Assembly: GCA_023485685.1 (NCBI GenBank)
Contig: JAMCZK010000038.1
Coordinates: 1,594-65,593, forward strand
Direction: 5' to 3'
Source: Chloroflexota bacterium
Lineage (GTDB): Bacteria > Chloroflexota > Anaerolineae > Anaerolineales > UBA11579
DNA: 64,000 nucleotides
Made by a program: the position numbers and the translations under genes. This document shows, one piece after another, positions 38,439 through 47,498 of this stretch; the first letter of the stretch is position 1; every line of letters starts with the position of its first letter. Below the pieces are notes generated by a model. It did not search any database and had not been told where the DNA came from. It was given only the letters and a program-made list of their open reading frames with translations.

Positions 38439-39184
38439 ATGAAAACTACCCGCCTGCTCACCATTCTTTTCACCCTCGCCACCATCACCGTCAACGGTCT
38501 CGCCAACGCGCTGCCTTTCAACGGCCAGACCACTGCGGAGATCTCCAATCGCTTCCCCATCTTTTTCGTACCTGCTGGCTATGTCTTTTCCCTTTGGGGT
38601 CTCATCTATCTCGGCCTGCTGGCCTTTGCCGTCTACCAGGCCTTGCCCGCCCAGCGCAAAACTAAATTGCTGGATGACATCGCCCTGCTGTATTGGCTTT
38701 CCTGCATCGCCAATGCCGTGTGGATCTTCCTCTGGCACTATGAATACTTCACCCTCACCGTCTTCGTGATGGTCGTCCTGCTCCTTTCCCTCATCGCCAT
38801 CTATCGTCGACTGCGCGCCGCCACGAAACCGGATGCCGGCTTCCGCTGGTGCGTCCAGCTACCATTCAGCATCTACCTCGGCTGGATCTCAGTCGCCACC
38901 ATTGCCAACGCTTCGCAATGGCTCTACTTCCTGAATTGGAATGGTTTTGGCCCCAGCGGGGACGTGTGGGCCGTGATTATGCTGCTCGTTGCGACAGCGC
39001 TCGGCACCGCCATGCTGCTGCGCGAACGCGATTGGGCCTACGCGCTGGTCCTCGTCTGGGCATTCGCCGGAATCGCTGTCGCCCAGGCAGCATCACCCTG
39101 GTGGCCTACAGCGCCTGGATCCTCACCGCGGCCACTGCCCTGATGATCTTAATGACTCTCGCGCGGAAACCAACCGCGGCTTGA
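38439..39184 (+). CDS. TspO/MBR-like tryptophan-rich membrane protein (frameshift near 39097)
   Basis: PAGYVFSLWGLIY, PFSIYLGWISVATIAN; last TM VAYSAWIL in the other frame. Confidence 0.75.
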
Positions 39185-39203
39185 AGCGGGATCCGCGAAA
39201 CAT

Positions 39204-39234
39204 AAAAAACGAGCGACCGCATCGCTCGTTTTTA
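39204..39234. terminator. Bidirectional terminator
   Basis: aaaaacgagcga-ccgca-tcgctcgttttt between convergent genes. Confidence 0.75.
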
Positions 39235-39243
39235 CTTTGAGGT

Positions 39244-40701
39244 TCAGGAAGCCCCTAAGCGCTTCCTCCGCTTGGCCTTGTACAAGGCCACGTCGGCCAG
39301 TTCGATCAGTTCGGTGATGCCGCGGATCGGCGGCTGGTGCCCATTCGTGGAGGCTAAGCCGAAGCTGCAGCTCAGCGGCAGCTGCTTTCTGCCGGCCTTC
39401 ACCCGTTCCTTTTGAACCGCGCCTTCCATGCGCCCCGCGATCATCTGGGCAGCCTCCTCCGAGGCGCCCGGCAGCACGACCATGAACTCGTCTCCGCCGT
39501 AGCGCCCGAACCAATCGTAGGGCCGCTTGTGCTGGTCGACCACCCGGGCTACGGCGTTCAGCGCCTGGTCTCCAGCGTTGTGTCCATAGGTGTCATTGAT
39601 CTCTTTCAACCCGTCCATATCCACCAGCATCAGGCTCATCGGCTGCTGCTCACGCGCGTAGCGTTCCCATTCCGCTCGGGCATGCTGCAAGACGGTCTCC
39701 CGGTTCAAGATTCCGGTCAGCGGGTCGGTGCTGGCTTTCACCACCATATGCACCAGAGTACTCTTCATGCGTTGCTCTTCCATCACCTTTTGCGTCACGT
39801 CGCGGCCGGTGCTCTGGTAGTGAAGCGGCTTGCCATGCTCGTCCTTCACCAGTGAGAGGTTTGTCTCCAGCATCAATTCGTCACCGGCCTTGGTGACAAC
39901 CCGTCGTGTGATGGGCGCCAGAAAATCCGTGCCCTTTACCGCCTCCAAGCGCTCTTGCACGTCCCGCCACTCATCGGCCGGAAATAGTTTTTGGACGGGC
40001 AGGTCAACCATTTCTTTTGGTTTATAGGCCAGCATCTTTGCGGCCTGCTCATTCACTTCAATGAGCCTCAGATTCAAACCAAAGATGAACACAGCATCAG
40101 TGGTTTGCTCGAACAGTGCCCGAAAGCGGTACTCACTGTTGGCTAGATTCAGCGTGAGCGCTTGAATGATGCGCTTCGAATACAGGATCGTCCCGGCAGA
40201 AATCAGCAGGAGGGCGGTTTGAATCGAGAAGCGGATGATCGGCTCGTCATTGAGCACCAGTTGTGTCAGTTGCTGTGATTCGGCAAAATAAATCAATGAA
40301 AAATTGAAGAGGGTTGTGGCTATTACCACAATCAAGGTGAACCCCGTCGTTGTGACCAGCGCGGCCACCACCACTACAAAGGCCTGGGCGACCAGCGCAA
40401 CGCTGGCAATTCCCCCGGAATAGAAAATGGAGACAGAAATAAGAATACCGGAGCCCAACACCAAAAGAACGGACGCCGGATTCAGGCCAAAACGAAACCA
40501 CACCAGCCAGACCCCCACCTCAAAAAGGAGAAAAGCCGCAACCAATATAACGTCGATCGAAAAGACAGGGTCGGTTAGGATAATTACGACTGCTAAACCG
40601 AGCGTGATGGGAATACCCAGAGAGAGCATCGCCCCCAGCAAGCGCGCACGCCAATTATCCCCCAGCCCCTCGTAGTGCGGAAACAACCTTTGGAGCCTCA
40701 A
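39244..40701 (-). CDS. Membrane PAS-GGDEF diguanylate cyclase
   Basis: N-terminal TMs, PAS (RFRALFEQ), DPLTG, INDTYGHNAGD, RPYD I-site and RYGGDEF. Confidence 0.92.
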   Translation of the reverse strand: MRLQRLFPHYEGLGDNWRARLLGAMLSLGIPITLGLAVVIILTDPVFSIDVILVAAFLLFEVGVWLVWFRFGLNPASVLLVLGSGILISVSIFYSGGIASVALVAQAFVVVVAALVTTTGFTLIVVIATTLFNFSLIYFAESQQLTQLVLNDEPIIRFSIQTALLLISAGTILYSKRIIQALTLNLANSEYRFRALFEQTTDAVFIFGLNLRLIEVNEQAAKMLAYKPKEMVDLPVQKLFPADEWRDVQERLEAVKGTDFLAPITRRVVTKAGDELMLETNLSLVKDEHGKPLHYQSTGRDVTQKVMEEQRMKSTLVHMVVKASTDPLTGILNRETVLQHARAEWERYAREQQPMSLMLVDMDGLKEINDTYGHNAGDQALNAVARVVDQHKRPYDWFGRYGGDEFMVVLPGASEEAAQMIAGRMEGAVQKERVKAGRKQLPLSCSFGLASTNGHQPPIRGITELIELADVALYKAKRRKRLGAS

Positions 40702-40849
40702 GGCGAGTGGGCCCTTGCAAAAATGTTGGCCGCTATTCTAATTCATTTTCGAACCGACAAATAGTTCGGTCAGCCATCCTGGTTAGCTGCCTCAGCGACT
40801 CATCCGCATCCAGCGGCAGGCAACCGCAGGGTCGAGGCGTCCGGATGGC

Positions 40850-41944
40850 TCACACATTCACTTTGATCACACCTTCCTCCGCCAGCTCAAATTGCGTGCC
40901 AAAGGGCTCCGAGGCGGCTTTCAGGCAACCCAGCATCCAGCGGGCATCCTCGGCGGCCGCACGCTGCAGCCGGAAACGCTGGATCTGCAACGGCACCAGT
41001 TCCAGTTTGCGCAGCTTGAACGGCGCAGAATCGAAATCCGCGAAAACCATGAACACCAGGTCATCGCGGAACTCTTCGTAGCCGCCGATGCCCTCGTAAT
41101 CGTTGATGAAGTCGCCGCAGCCATAGAAGACCAGGCGGCCATTGTAGAGCTCGACGGGCCGCGGGTGGTGCGAGGAGTGGCCATGGATGATGTCCACACC
41201 GACTTCATCGATCAGCGCATGGGCAAAGCGCACCTGGGCCTGGGGCACCGCATAGCCCCAATTACCGCCCCAATGGATGCTGGCAACCACCACATCGCCC
41301 GGCTTGCGATGCTGCTCGATGGCTTCGCGAACCTGGCTGACGGCATCCGAAGCCAAGCTATCCAGCAACCAAACGCCAGGCGATTTGTCCGTTGTGCGCC
41401 AACTGCGCGGCACTCCGCTGGATTCCGTGCATATCGAGAAGATCAGTACCCTGTCGCTCCCGGTCTCGAAGATGGCCGGCGTCTGGGCGGCGGCAAGCGT
41501 TTCGCCCGCGCCGGCGTGCCGCACGCCGGCGCGCTCCAGCGTCGCAATCGTATCTCGCAGGCCATGCTCGCCCCAGTCCAAAACGTGGTTGTTCGCCAAG
41601 CAGCAAATGTCGATGCCCGCCGCCGTCAACATAGCGGCGTTATCGGGGTGCATGCGATAGTTGATCCCCTTAGGCGCAAACTCGTCGCTAGACGTGATGG
41701 CCGTTTCTAAATTCACAACCTTCAGGTCTGCTTTTCTCTCCCGCCATATTTCCAACGCATCACCCCAAATATATTCGGGCGCCCCTCCGCGCGGAATGGG
41801 CCCATTGGCGCGCTCGGCCAGCATCACGTACTCGCGCGCATCCTTCACGGAATGCTCATGCAGGCGAGGATCGCTCGGATGGCGCAGAATCTGGTCGATC
41901 CCCCGCCCAGTCATCACGTCACCGCAAAGGAAGATGCGCATCAT
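40850..41944 (-). CDS. CapA/PGA_cap family metallophosphatase-fold protein
   Basis: GDVMTGRG, VNLET, LANNHVLDWG, SIHWG, HGHSSHH, YGCGDF. Confidence 0.9.
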   Translation of the reverse strand: MMRIFLCGDVMTGRGIDQILRHPSDPRLHEHSVKDAREYVMLAERANGPIPRGGAPEYIWGDALEIWRERKADLKVVNLETAITSSDEFAPKGINYRMHPDNAAMLTAAGIDICCLANNHVLDWGEHGLRDTIATLERAGVRHAGAGETLAAAQTPAIFETGSDRVLIFSICTESSGVPRSWRTTDKSPGVWLLDSLASDAVSQVREAIEQHRKPGDVVVASIHWGGNWGYAVPQAQVRFAHALIDEVGVDIIHGHSSHHPRPVELYNGRLVFYGCGDFINDYEGIGGYEEFRDDLVFMVFADFDSAPFKLRKLELVPLQIQRFRLQRAAAEDARWMLGCLKAASEPFGTQFELAEEGVIKVNV

Positions 41945-42153
41945 AATAAAGAAGCTGTCAGCTATCAGCCGTCGGCCTTCAGCTAAACCATTTTCAGCCG
42001 CTAATTCTCAAATCAGAAATCGGCAATCAGAAATCAGCAATTTATTACAGTAGTTTCTTGCAAACCTCCGGGTGATCCAGAACCCTGTCCAATCCAGCGG
42101 GCATCCTCGGCTGCTGCACGCTGCAACCGGAAACGGTGGATCCCGTGAGATCG

Positions 42154-43500
42154 TCAAGGCGTGAAAATATGGATATAGGGCAGGAAAATTTCACCTCGGT
42201 CATTGGGTCGATGCCTCCCATTGGCTACTGTTTCCAGATCCTGCGCATCTTCCCAAGAATTGACGCCGACGCTCTCAAGCCGAGCCCTTATATCCTCGTA
42301 TCGTTGGACAGGAATCGTTGCCGCAGCAGCAAATTCACCATAAACAAAGGAGGCGTTTGCCTGGTTCCAGGTTACGCTCTGCGGATGGAGGGATTCGAGC
42401 GCAAAAAAACGAAAATACAACGAACCCGTAAACAACCAGACCAGAAGGAGGGCGGCCATGGGTTTCCCTCCATTCAGGTGAAAGAAAATCATCTCCAATT
42501 GCGCACCCAAAAACAAACAAAAAAATGTCAGCGGAAAAAACAACAAGTTTGGCCGGGTATAGCCACTTATGGCAAGGACGGTGAGTGAGATCACTGTACA
42601 AAATAACCAGATTAACGAAACGCGACTCACTTTGAAATAAGAGACAAATATAATAAACAACAAGATAAAAGGCCAACTGATCAGGAAAAATCTTGAAAAA
42701 GCGTCAAAGCTGGTGATCCCGGTTAAACCATATCCAAGCTCGGCAATGGTCAAAAGAGCCTGCGGGAAAATGGGTTGCAATGGTTCAGGTTGAGGAACAA
42801 AAACAGTTCTTAATCCAAAATAGATCGACCCGGCCAGGAGACAAGCTGCTAAATACACGTGCATCTTCCAAGTTGACTTTCCCTTGTCCACAGTTCGCCC
42901 TGCATAGAGATAACCCAGCAGAATGATCACAAGGATTGCGGCAATCGAATCTTCCCTAACAAATAGGTTGATAACAGAAAGAAGAACGGATAGGGAATAA
43001 AAACCGATCTGGCTTCTATCAATGGCTGTTATAAGACAGGTCAGGGAAAGTATGAAGAGAACTGCTTGCAATAAACGAGTTCCATCGGTAACCCAAACAA
43101 GGTGGGGAATGTTATATCGAGCGACAAGGATCAAGCTGGCTGCCACAAGACCGAATCCCCAGGACATGCCGAACTTATAAGCTACCCAGCACAACAACGT
43201 TAAATAAAAAGCAAACAGGGCCGCCTGAAAAACCCGATGGGCAATAACATCTTCTCCAAAAAAGAAGTACCGTAAATGATTGAATAGAGTTGTCAGGGGT
43301 CTATATCCACGAGACTCTATTCCATCCACATCCCAATTGCCAACAAAGGCCGAACGAAGTTCCTCGGGGGTAAATGCCCTGATCAAGTGCAGGTCATCAT
43401 AAAAAAAGGGGTTATCAATCGCTTTCCAGGAAACCAGGATCGCCAAAATGACGAAAAATATGAAGGCAAGCAAAACCAACTGTCTTGGTTGCAGTTGCAT
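42154..43500 (-). CDS. AT-rich polytopic membrane protein, GT-C glycosyltransferase-like
   Basis: FFYDD after first TM, YRPL motif, VRE; many TMs. Confidence 0.6.
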   Translation of the reverse strand: MQLQPRQLVLLAFIFFVILAILVSWKAIDNPFFYDDLHLIRAFTPEELRSAFVGNWDVDGIESRGYRPLTTLFNHLRYFFFGEDVIAHRVFQAALFAFYLTLLCWVAYKFGMSWGFGLVAASLILVARYNIPHLVWVTDGTRLLQAVLFILSLTCLITAIDRSQIGFYSLSVLLSVINLFVREDSIAAILVIILLGYLYAGRTVDKGKSTWKMHVYLAACLLAGSIYFGLRTVFVPQPEPLQPIFPQALLTIAELGYGLTGITSFDAFSRFFLISWPFILLFIIFVSYFKVSRVSLIWLFCTVISLTVLAISGYTRPNLLFFPLTFFCLFLGAQLEMIFFHLNGGKPMAALLLVWLFTGSLYFRFFALESLHPQSVTWNQANASFVYGEFAAAATIPVQRYEDIRARLESVGVNSWEDAQDLETVANGRHRPNDRGEIFLPYIHIFTP

Positions 43501-43606
43501 ATTTACTCGCAATTCTTAATAAATATGAATCGTTCTCTCATCCAGCAGGTAACGGGTAATTGCCTATTCTCATTTCTCCTTTCTCTTGCATGTACCTCCT
43601 TATCCC

Positions 43607-43805
43607 CTTCCTCGGCGCTGTAACCCTGCGCCATCAACTCGATGCCCATCGGCCCAAAAGCAATGTTGGTCAGGGACTGTGTGGCCACCGCGCCCACCCC
43701 GGCGCGTACCCAGGGCACCACCGCTCCCACGCTGGGCTGGTGCGTCTGCACACCGACGCCGAACTGCTTGGTTTCAGGATCATAAGCAACAATCGAGTAG
43801 GTCAT
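43607..43805 (-). pseudogene. Truncated DUF1028 (Ntn-hydrolase-like) gene
   Basis: MTYSIVAYDP..GVGVQT..VGAVVPW..GVGAVATQS then abrupt loss of family pattern after about 66 aa. Confidence 0.75.
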
Positions 43806-44039
43806 GGGACACCTCGAAGGAAATTAGACCATGAAAAAAGCGGTCAGCGATCAGCTTTCAGCTATTAGCAATTAGCTTTTAGCTTTCTTCCGTTCTGCTA
43901 TTCTGCGGGAGAGGGGAATTGGTGAGGGGCGACTTCCTTGACGATGCCCTTCAATTTCAAGCCGAATTCCCAAAACCGTGCATTAATAGACCCATGCAGC
44001 GCAAGAACATCAATCAACCCTTGTCAGGCCCCGCCCTAG

Positions 44040-44135
44040 GCACCGCCCTGAACCCTGCCTTGACCCTGAACGTAGTGAAGGGGAAGTGAAGGGAACAGCT
44101 TGCGGAGCCTGCCCTGAACGGAGCGAATGGGACGA
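44040..44135. repeat. Nested ccctgaacgtagtgaaggg-type palindromes
   Basis: ccctgaac[cctgccttgaccctgaacgtagtgaagggga]agtgaaggg then gagcctgccctgaacggagcgaatggg. Confidence 0.7.
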
Positions 44136-44355
44136 ATGGGTAGGTCGACCCCACCCACACCTCGCGGAATAATATCCTGACTGTTACGGAAGATTTCAAT
44201 GTGCAACGTGTCAACTTGTAATGGTGCGCTCCCCCGGAAATTGCACATTGCACATAGTAGGTCGGAGAATAAGGTGCCATAAGATTTGGCATTGGGACGT
44301 CGGACTTTGGACTTTGGACGTTTGGCACAAAGCTTGCATCAACGGGTGAGTAACT

Positions 44356-45576
44356 ATGGCACTTAACGGTAAAGGTATTTACCTCTGGCAGATCCAGCGC
44401 GTAGCAAGCGGCGACCCCGCGGCCATCGCCAATATGGCGGCTGCGGCCAACCTGACCCACGTGCTGATCAAGGTCGCCGACGGCAAATATGGCTACGGCT
44501 TCTCAAACGGCACCGACTTGGTGCCAGGCGTGGTGGCCGCCCTGCGCGCTAAAGGCATCCAGGCTTGGGGCTGGCAGTATGTCTACGGCGCCGACCACAA
44601 GGCCGAGGCCCAAAAAGCCATTGACCGCATCAAAATGCTAAAGCTGGACGGTTTCGTAGTAAATGCCGAAGGCCAATTCAAAGCCAAAAGCATGGCGGAT
44701 ATTGCCAGCAAGTACATGAAGCTTCTCCGTGCGGGTGTCGGCAACTTCCCCATCGGCCTCAGCACCTATCGCTATCCGACGGTCCATTATCAGTTCCCTT
44801 ACGGGGTTTTCCTGGAATATTGCGATTACAACCTTCCCCAGATCTACTGGATCGAATCGGTGAACCCCGCCCAGCAGTTGAAAAAATCCTACGACGAATA
44901 CAAAGCCATAAAACCCTGGCGTCCCTTCATCCCCACCGGCGCGGCTTTCGCCCAGGGCAACTGGACAGTTACTCCGGCGCAAATCAACGAATTCCTCGCC
45001 AAAGCCCGCGCCATGCAATTGCCCGGCGCCAACTTTTGGGAGATGGGCGCGGCCAACGATAACGGCGCCCAACTCTGGAACGCCATCCGGTCTTACGACT
45101 GGGCTACGGGGACGGCGCCTACACCAGAGCCCGGTCCCGAACCGCAACCGGTTCCAACTCCCACGCCGCCGCCCGCTACCAAGCCCGATATCCTAAACCG
45201 CTACCTGGCCGCGCTGAACAGCCAAAATGCAAACAAACCCACTTTGCTGTACGAAAAAAATACCAGCAAACTATTTGCCGGCAACAAGAAGTACAAAGGG
45301 CGCACCGAGATTTATGCCTTTTACAACAAGCTCTTCAAGAACGTCATGCCCAAAGCCACGTTTAGCTATCGAACCTGGTCCTGGAAGGGCAACGTGTATA
45401 AGGTCAATTGGAAAGCCATATCGGGAAGTAGAAGCTGGATGGGCGCCGACACGATCATCATGAGCACAACCAACCCTAACCTGATCGATCAGCATTACAC
45501 TGCGATCCCCAAGTCGAAATCCATCGACCCGGACGACGAGTCTATTTTTTCAGAAGCCGGGCCAATTCCCGTATAA
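44356..45576 (+). CDS. Putative glycoside hydrolase TIM-barrel protein with Pro/Thr linker and NTF2/SnoaL-like C-terminal domain
   Basis: HVLIKVADG, WGWQYVYG, GFVVNAE, LPQIYW; linker PTPEPGPEP. Confidence 0.55.
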   Translation: MALNGKGIYLWQIQRVASGDPAAIANMAAAANLTHVLIKVADGKYGYGFSNGTDLVPGVVAALRAKGIQAWGWQYVYGADHKAEAQKAIDRIKMLKLDGFVVNAEGQFKAKSMADIASKYMKLLRAGVGNFPIGLSTYRYPTVHYQFPYGVFLEYCDYNLPQIYWIESVNPAQQLKKSYDEYKAIKPWRPFIPTGAAFAQGNWTVTPAQINEFLAKARAMQLPGANFWEMGAANDNGAQLWNAIRSYDWATGTAPTPEPGPEPQPVPTPTPPPATKPDILNRYLAALNSQNANKPTLLYEKNTSKLFAGNKKYKGRTEIYAFYNKLFKNVMPKATFSYRTWSWKGNVYKVNWKAISGSRSWMGADTIIMSTTNPNLIDQHYTAIPKSKSIDPDDESIFSEAGPIPV

Positions 45577-45997
45577 ACCCGGCCTGCGCCGGGTTTATTT
45601 TTTCACTCCCCTCGGAAAGCGAAAACCACGCGGCCCGGTCTATTTCGGGAAATTCCCGCGTCTTCCCGGATTTCGGCGGCCACTCCATCTCGAAAGCGTT
45701 GCTCTGAACCTGAGCCGGATCGAGATCGGCCTCCACTGTCCAAGCGTGCACGATCTTGCCGCTCTTTAGCGTTACCGGAGCCAAGGATCTGAACTCGCCA
45801 CTGATGCTCAATCCGGTTTCCTCCTGGAATTCTCGCCGGGCAGCCGCCAGTGGATCCTCCTCGTCGAATTCGCCCTTAGGAATTGTCCAGGCGCCGGAAC
45901 CCTTCTTGGCCCAAAACGGCCCGCCGGGGTGCACCAGAAATACCTCCGGCTGATCCCGAAATCTGTAAACCAGAATACCAGCGCTCTTTTTTGGCAC
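45542..45997 (-). CDS. NUDIX hydrolase
   Basis: SAGILVY..HPGGPFW..IPKGE..AARREFQEETG..FPEIDRAAWF. Confidence 0.9.
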   Translation of the reverse strand: MPKKSAGILVYRFRDQPEVFLVHPGGPFWAKKGSGAWTIPKGEFDEEDPLAAARREFQEETGLSISGEFRSLAPVTLKSGKIVHAWTVEADLDPAQVQSNAFEMEWPPKSGKTREFPEIDRAAWFSLSEGSEKINPAQAGFIRELARLLKK

Positions 45998-46061
45998 GCC
46001 TTTGATTGTAATGTACCCAAAATCTGGCGTAACCCGCCTTTTTAGCCCCAATACCCAGCGC

Positions 46062-46117
46062 TTGACTCGATTAGCACTTCTGTTCTATACTCTACCCAAC
46101 TTTAGAACACTTGTTTC
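46062..46117 (+). promoter_or_regulatory. Sigma70 promoter with two LexA-like boxes
   Basis: TTGACT-N18-TATACT; AGCAC-TTCT-GTTCT (46073-46086) and AGAAC-ACTT-GTTTC (46104-46117). Confidence 0.65.
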
Positions 46118-46142
46118 TGCCCAATTCGGGTAAGGAGAAGAG

Positions 46143-46793
46143 ATGGTCAATCGAGGATTGCTAAGTCAGTTCAACTGGTCGGCCCGCCTGCAGCGCAACC
46201 TAGTCTGGGGGCTGCTGATCGCCGGCGCGCTGGTGGCGTTCGAAGCCTTCAATTACAGCACCACCGAGTTCGCCATGCGCGACCTGTTGGGCGATTTACG
46301 TTTCGGCGGCATCGGCTGGGCCACCATTTTGGCCCTGGCGTTCTGCAGCATCGATTTCGCCGGTATTGCCCACATGTTCAGCAATGGCACCAATCTGAAA
46401 GAAAAGCAGGGCCTGGAAGTTTGGTACCTGTTTGCCGCCTGGCTGCTGGCCGCCACGATGAATGCCATCCTGACCTGGTGGGGGGTCTCTGTCGCTATTT
46501 TGGAGCACGGCAGCCTGGGCAACGCCCTATTGGGCCGTGAAACACTATTGCAGATCGTGCCTGCATTCGTTGCAGTGCTGGTCTGGCTGATTCGCGTGCT
46601 GGTCATCGGAACCCTGATCACCGCCGGCGGCAAGCTGTTCGCTGCGCCCGGCAGTACCCAGCGCACCATGCCGCCCAGCCTGCGCCGGGTCCAACCCAGC
46701 CAGAACAGTCGCGTTGCGCAACCCGCCATGCGGCATGGGTTGGTACCGAATAAAGTAGACGAGCCAGTCTACGTAGATCAGGGCGAATTCTAG
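46143..46793 (+). CDS. Four-TM membrane protein of unknown function
   Basis: AGGAG RBS; FEAFNYSTTEFA, WATILALAFCSIDFAGIA, AWLLAATMNAILTWW. Confidence 0.8.
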   Translation: MVNRGLLSQFNWSARLQRNLVWGLLIAGALVAFEAFNYSTTEFAMRDLLGDLRFGGIGWATILALAFCSIDFAGIAHMFSNGTNLKEKQGLEVWYLFAAWLLAATMNAILTWWGVSVAILEHGSLGNALLGRETLLQIVPAFVAVLVWLIRVLVIGTLITAGGKLFAAPGSTQRTMPPSLRRVQPSQNSRVAQPAMRHGLVPNKVDEPVYVDQGEF

Positions 46794-46811
46794 TCCGGGC
46801 AACACACATCT

Positions 46812-47498
46812 GTGCAAAGAGCGATTCTTCTCTCCGAAGACTTGCATCAAGATGGAGAGGCAGCCCAAAGAGGTGGTTGCCTCTCCATCTTATTATTCCC
46901 GCCCTTTTCCTCAATCCTATTCAGCGCGTTGTTGTTTTTGGGTCTAACGAAAATCACGTTGCCTCCCACGGCGAGCAACGAGATTGAAAGCCAATCCGGG
47001 CGACCCGCTCAACTCTTTACGCAGCAAGTACTGTACTGGAAGCCAGAAATCATCCGGTGGGCCGCTGACAACAATCTCGATCCCAACTTGGTCGCCACGG
47101 TCATGCAAATTGAATCCTGCGGGAACCCGAATGCAGTTTCCAGCGCCGGCGCGATGGGATTGTTCCAAGTCATGCCGTATCACTTTGCCGAAGGCGAAAA
47201 TCCGTTTTCGCCAAATACCAATGCGGCGCGCGGGCTGAATTATTTGCGGAATTCGCTGGAAGCATTCCATGGAGATTCGGGATTGGCGCTGGCCGGATAC
47301 AACGGCGGCATCAACGGCGCCAGACGCCCGCAATCCGAGTGGGCGCAGGAAACGCGGGATTACCAATTTTGGGGAGAGAATATTTATGCCGATGCAGCGG
47401 CCGGGCGCCAAAGCAGCCCGGTTCTGGAGCAATGGTTGGCGGCGGGCGGAGCTAGCCTATGCGCTCAGGCTGAGCAGCGAGAGGCTTACGCTCGCTGA
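46812..47498 (+). CDS. Membrane-anchored SLT-domain lytic transglycosylase
   Basis: VMQIESCG, AGAMGLFQVMP, ALAGYNGG, ETRDY. Confidence 0.9.
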   Translation: MQRAILLSEDLHQDGEAAQRGGCLSILLFPPFSSILFSALLFLGLTKITLPPTASNEIESQSGRPAQLFTQQVLYWKPEIIRWAADNNLDPNLVATVMQIESCGNPNAVSSAGAMGLFQVMPYHFAEGENPFSPNTNAARGLNYLRNSLEAFHGDSGLALAGYNGGINGARRPQSEWAQETRDYQFWGENIYADAAAGRQSSPVLEQWLAAGGASLCAQAEQREAYAR

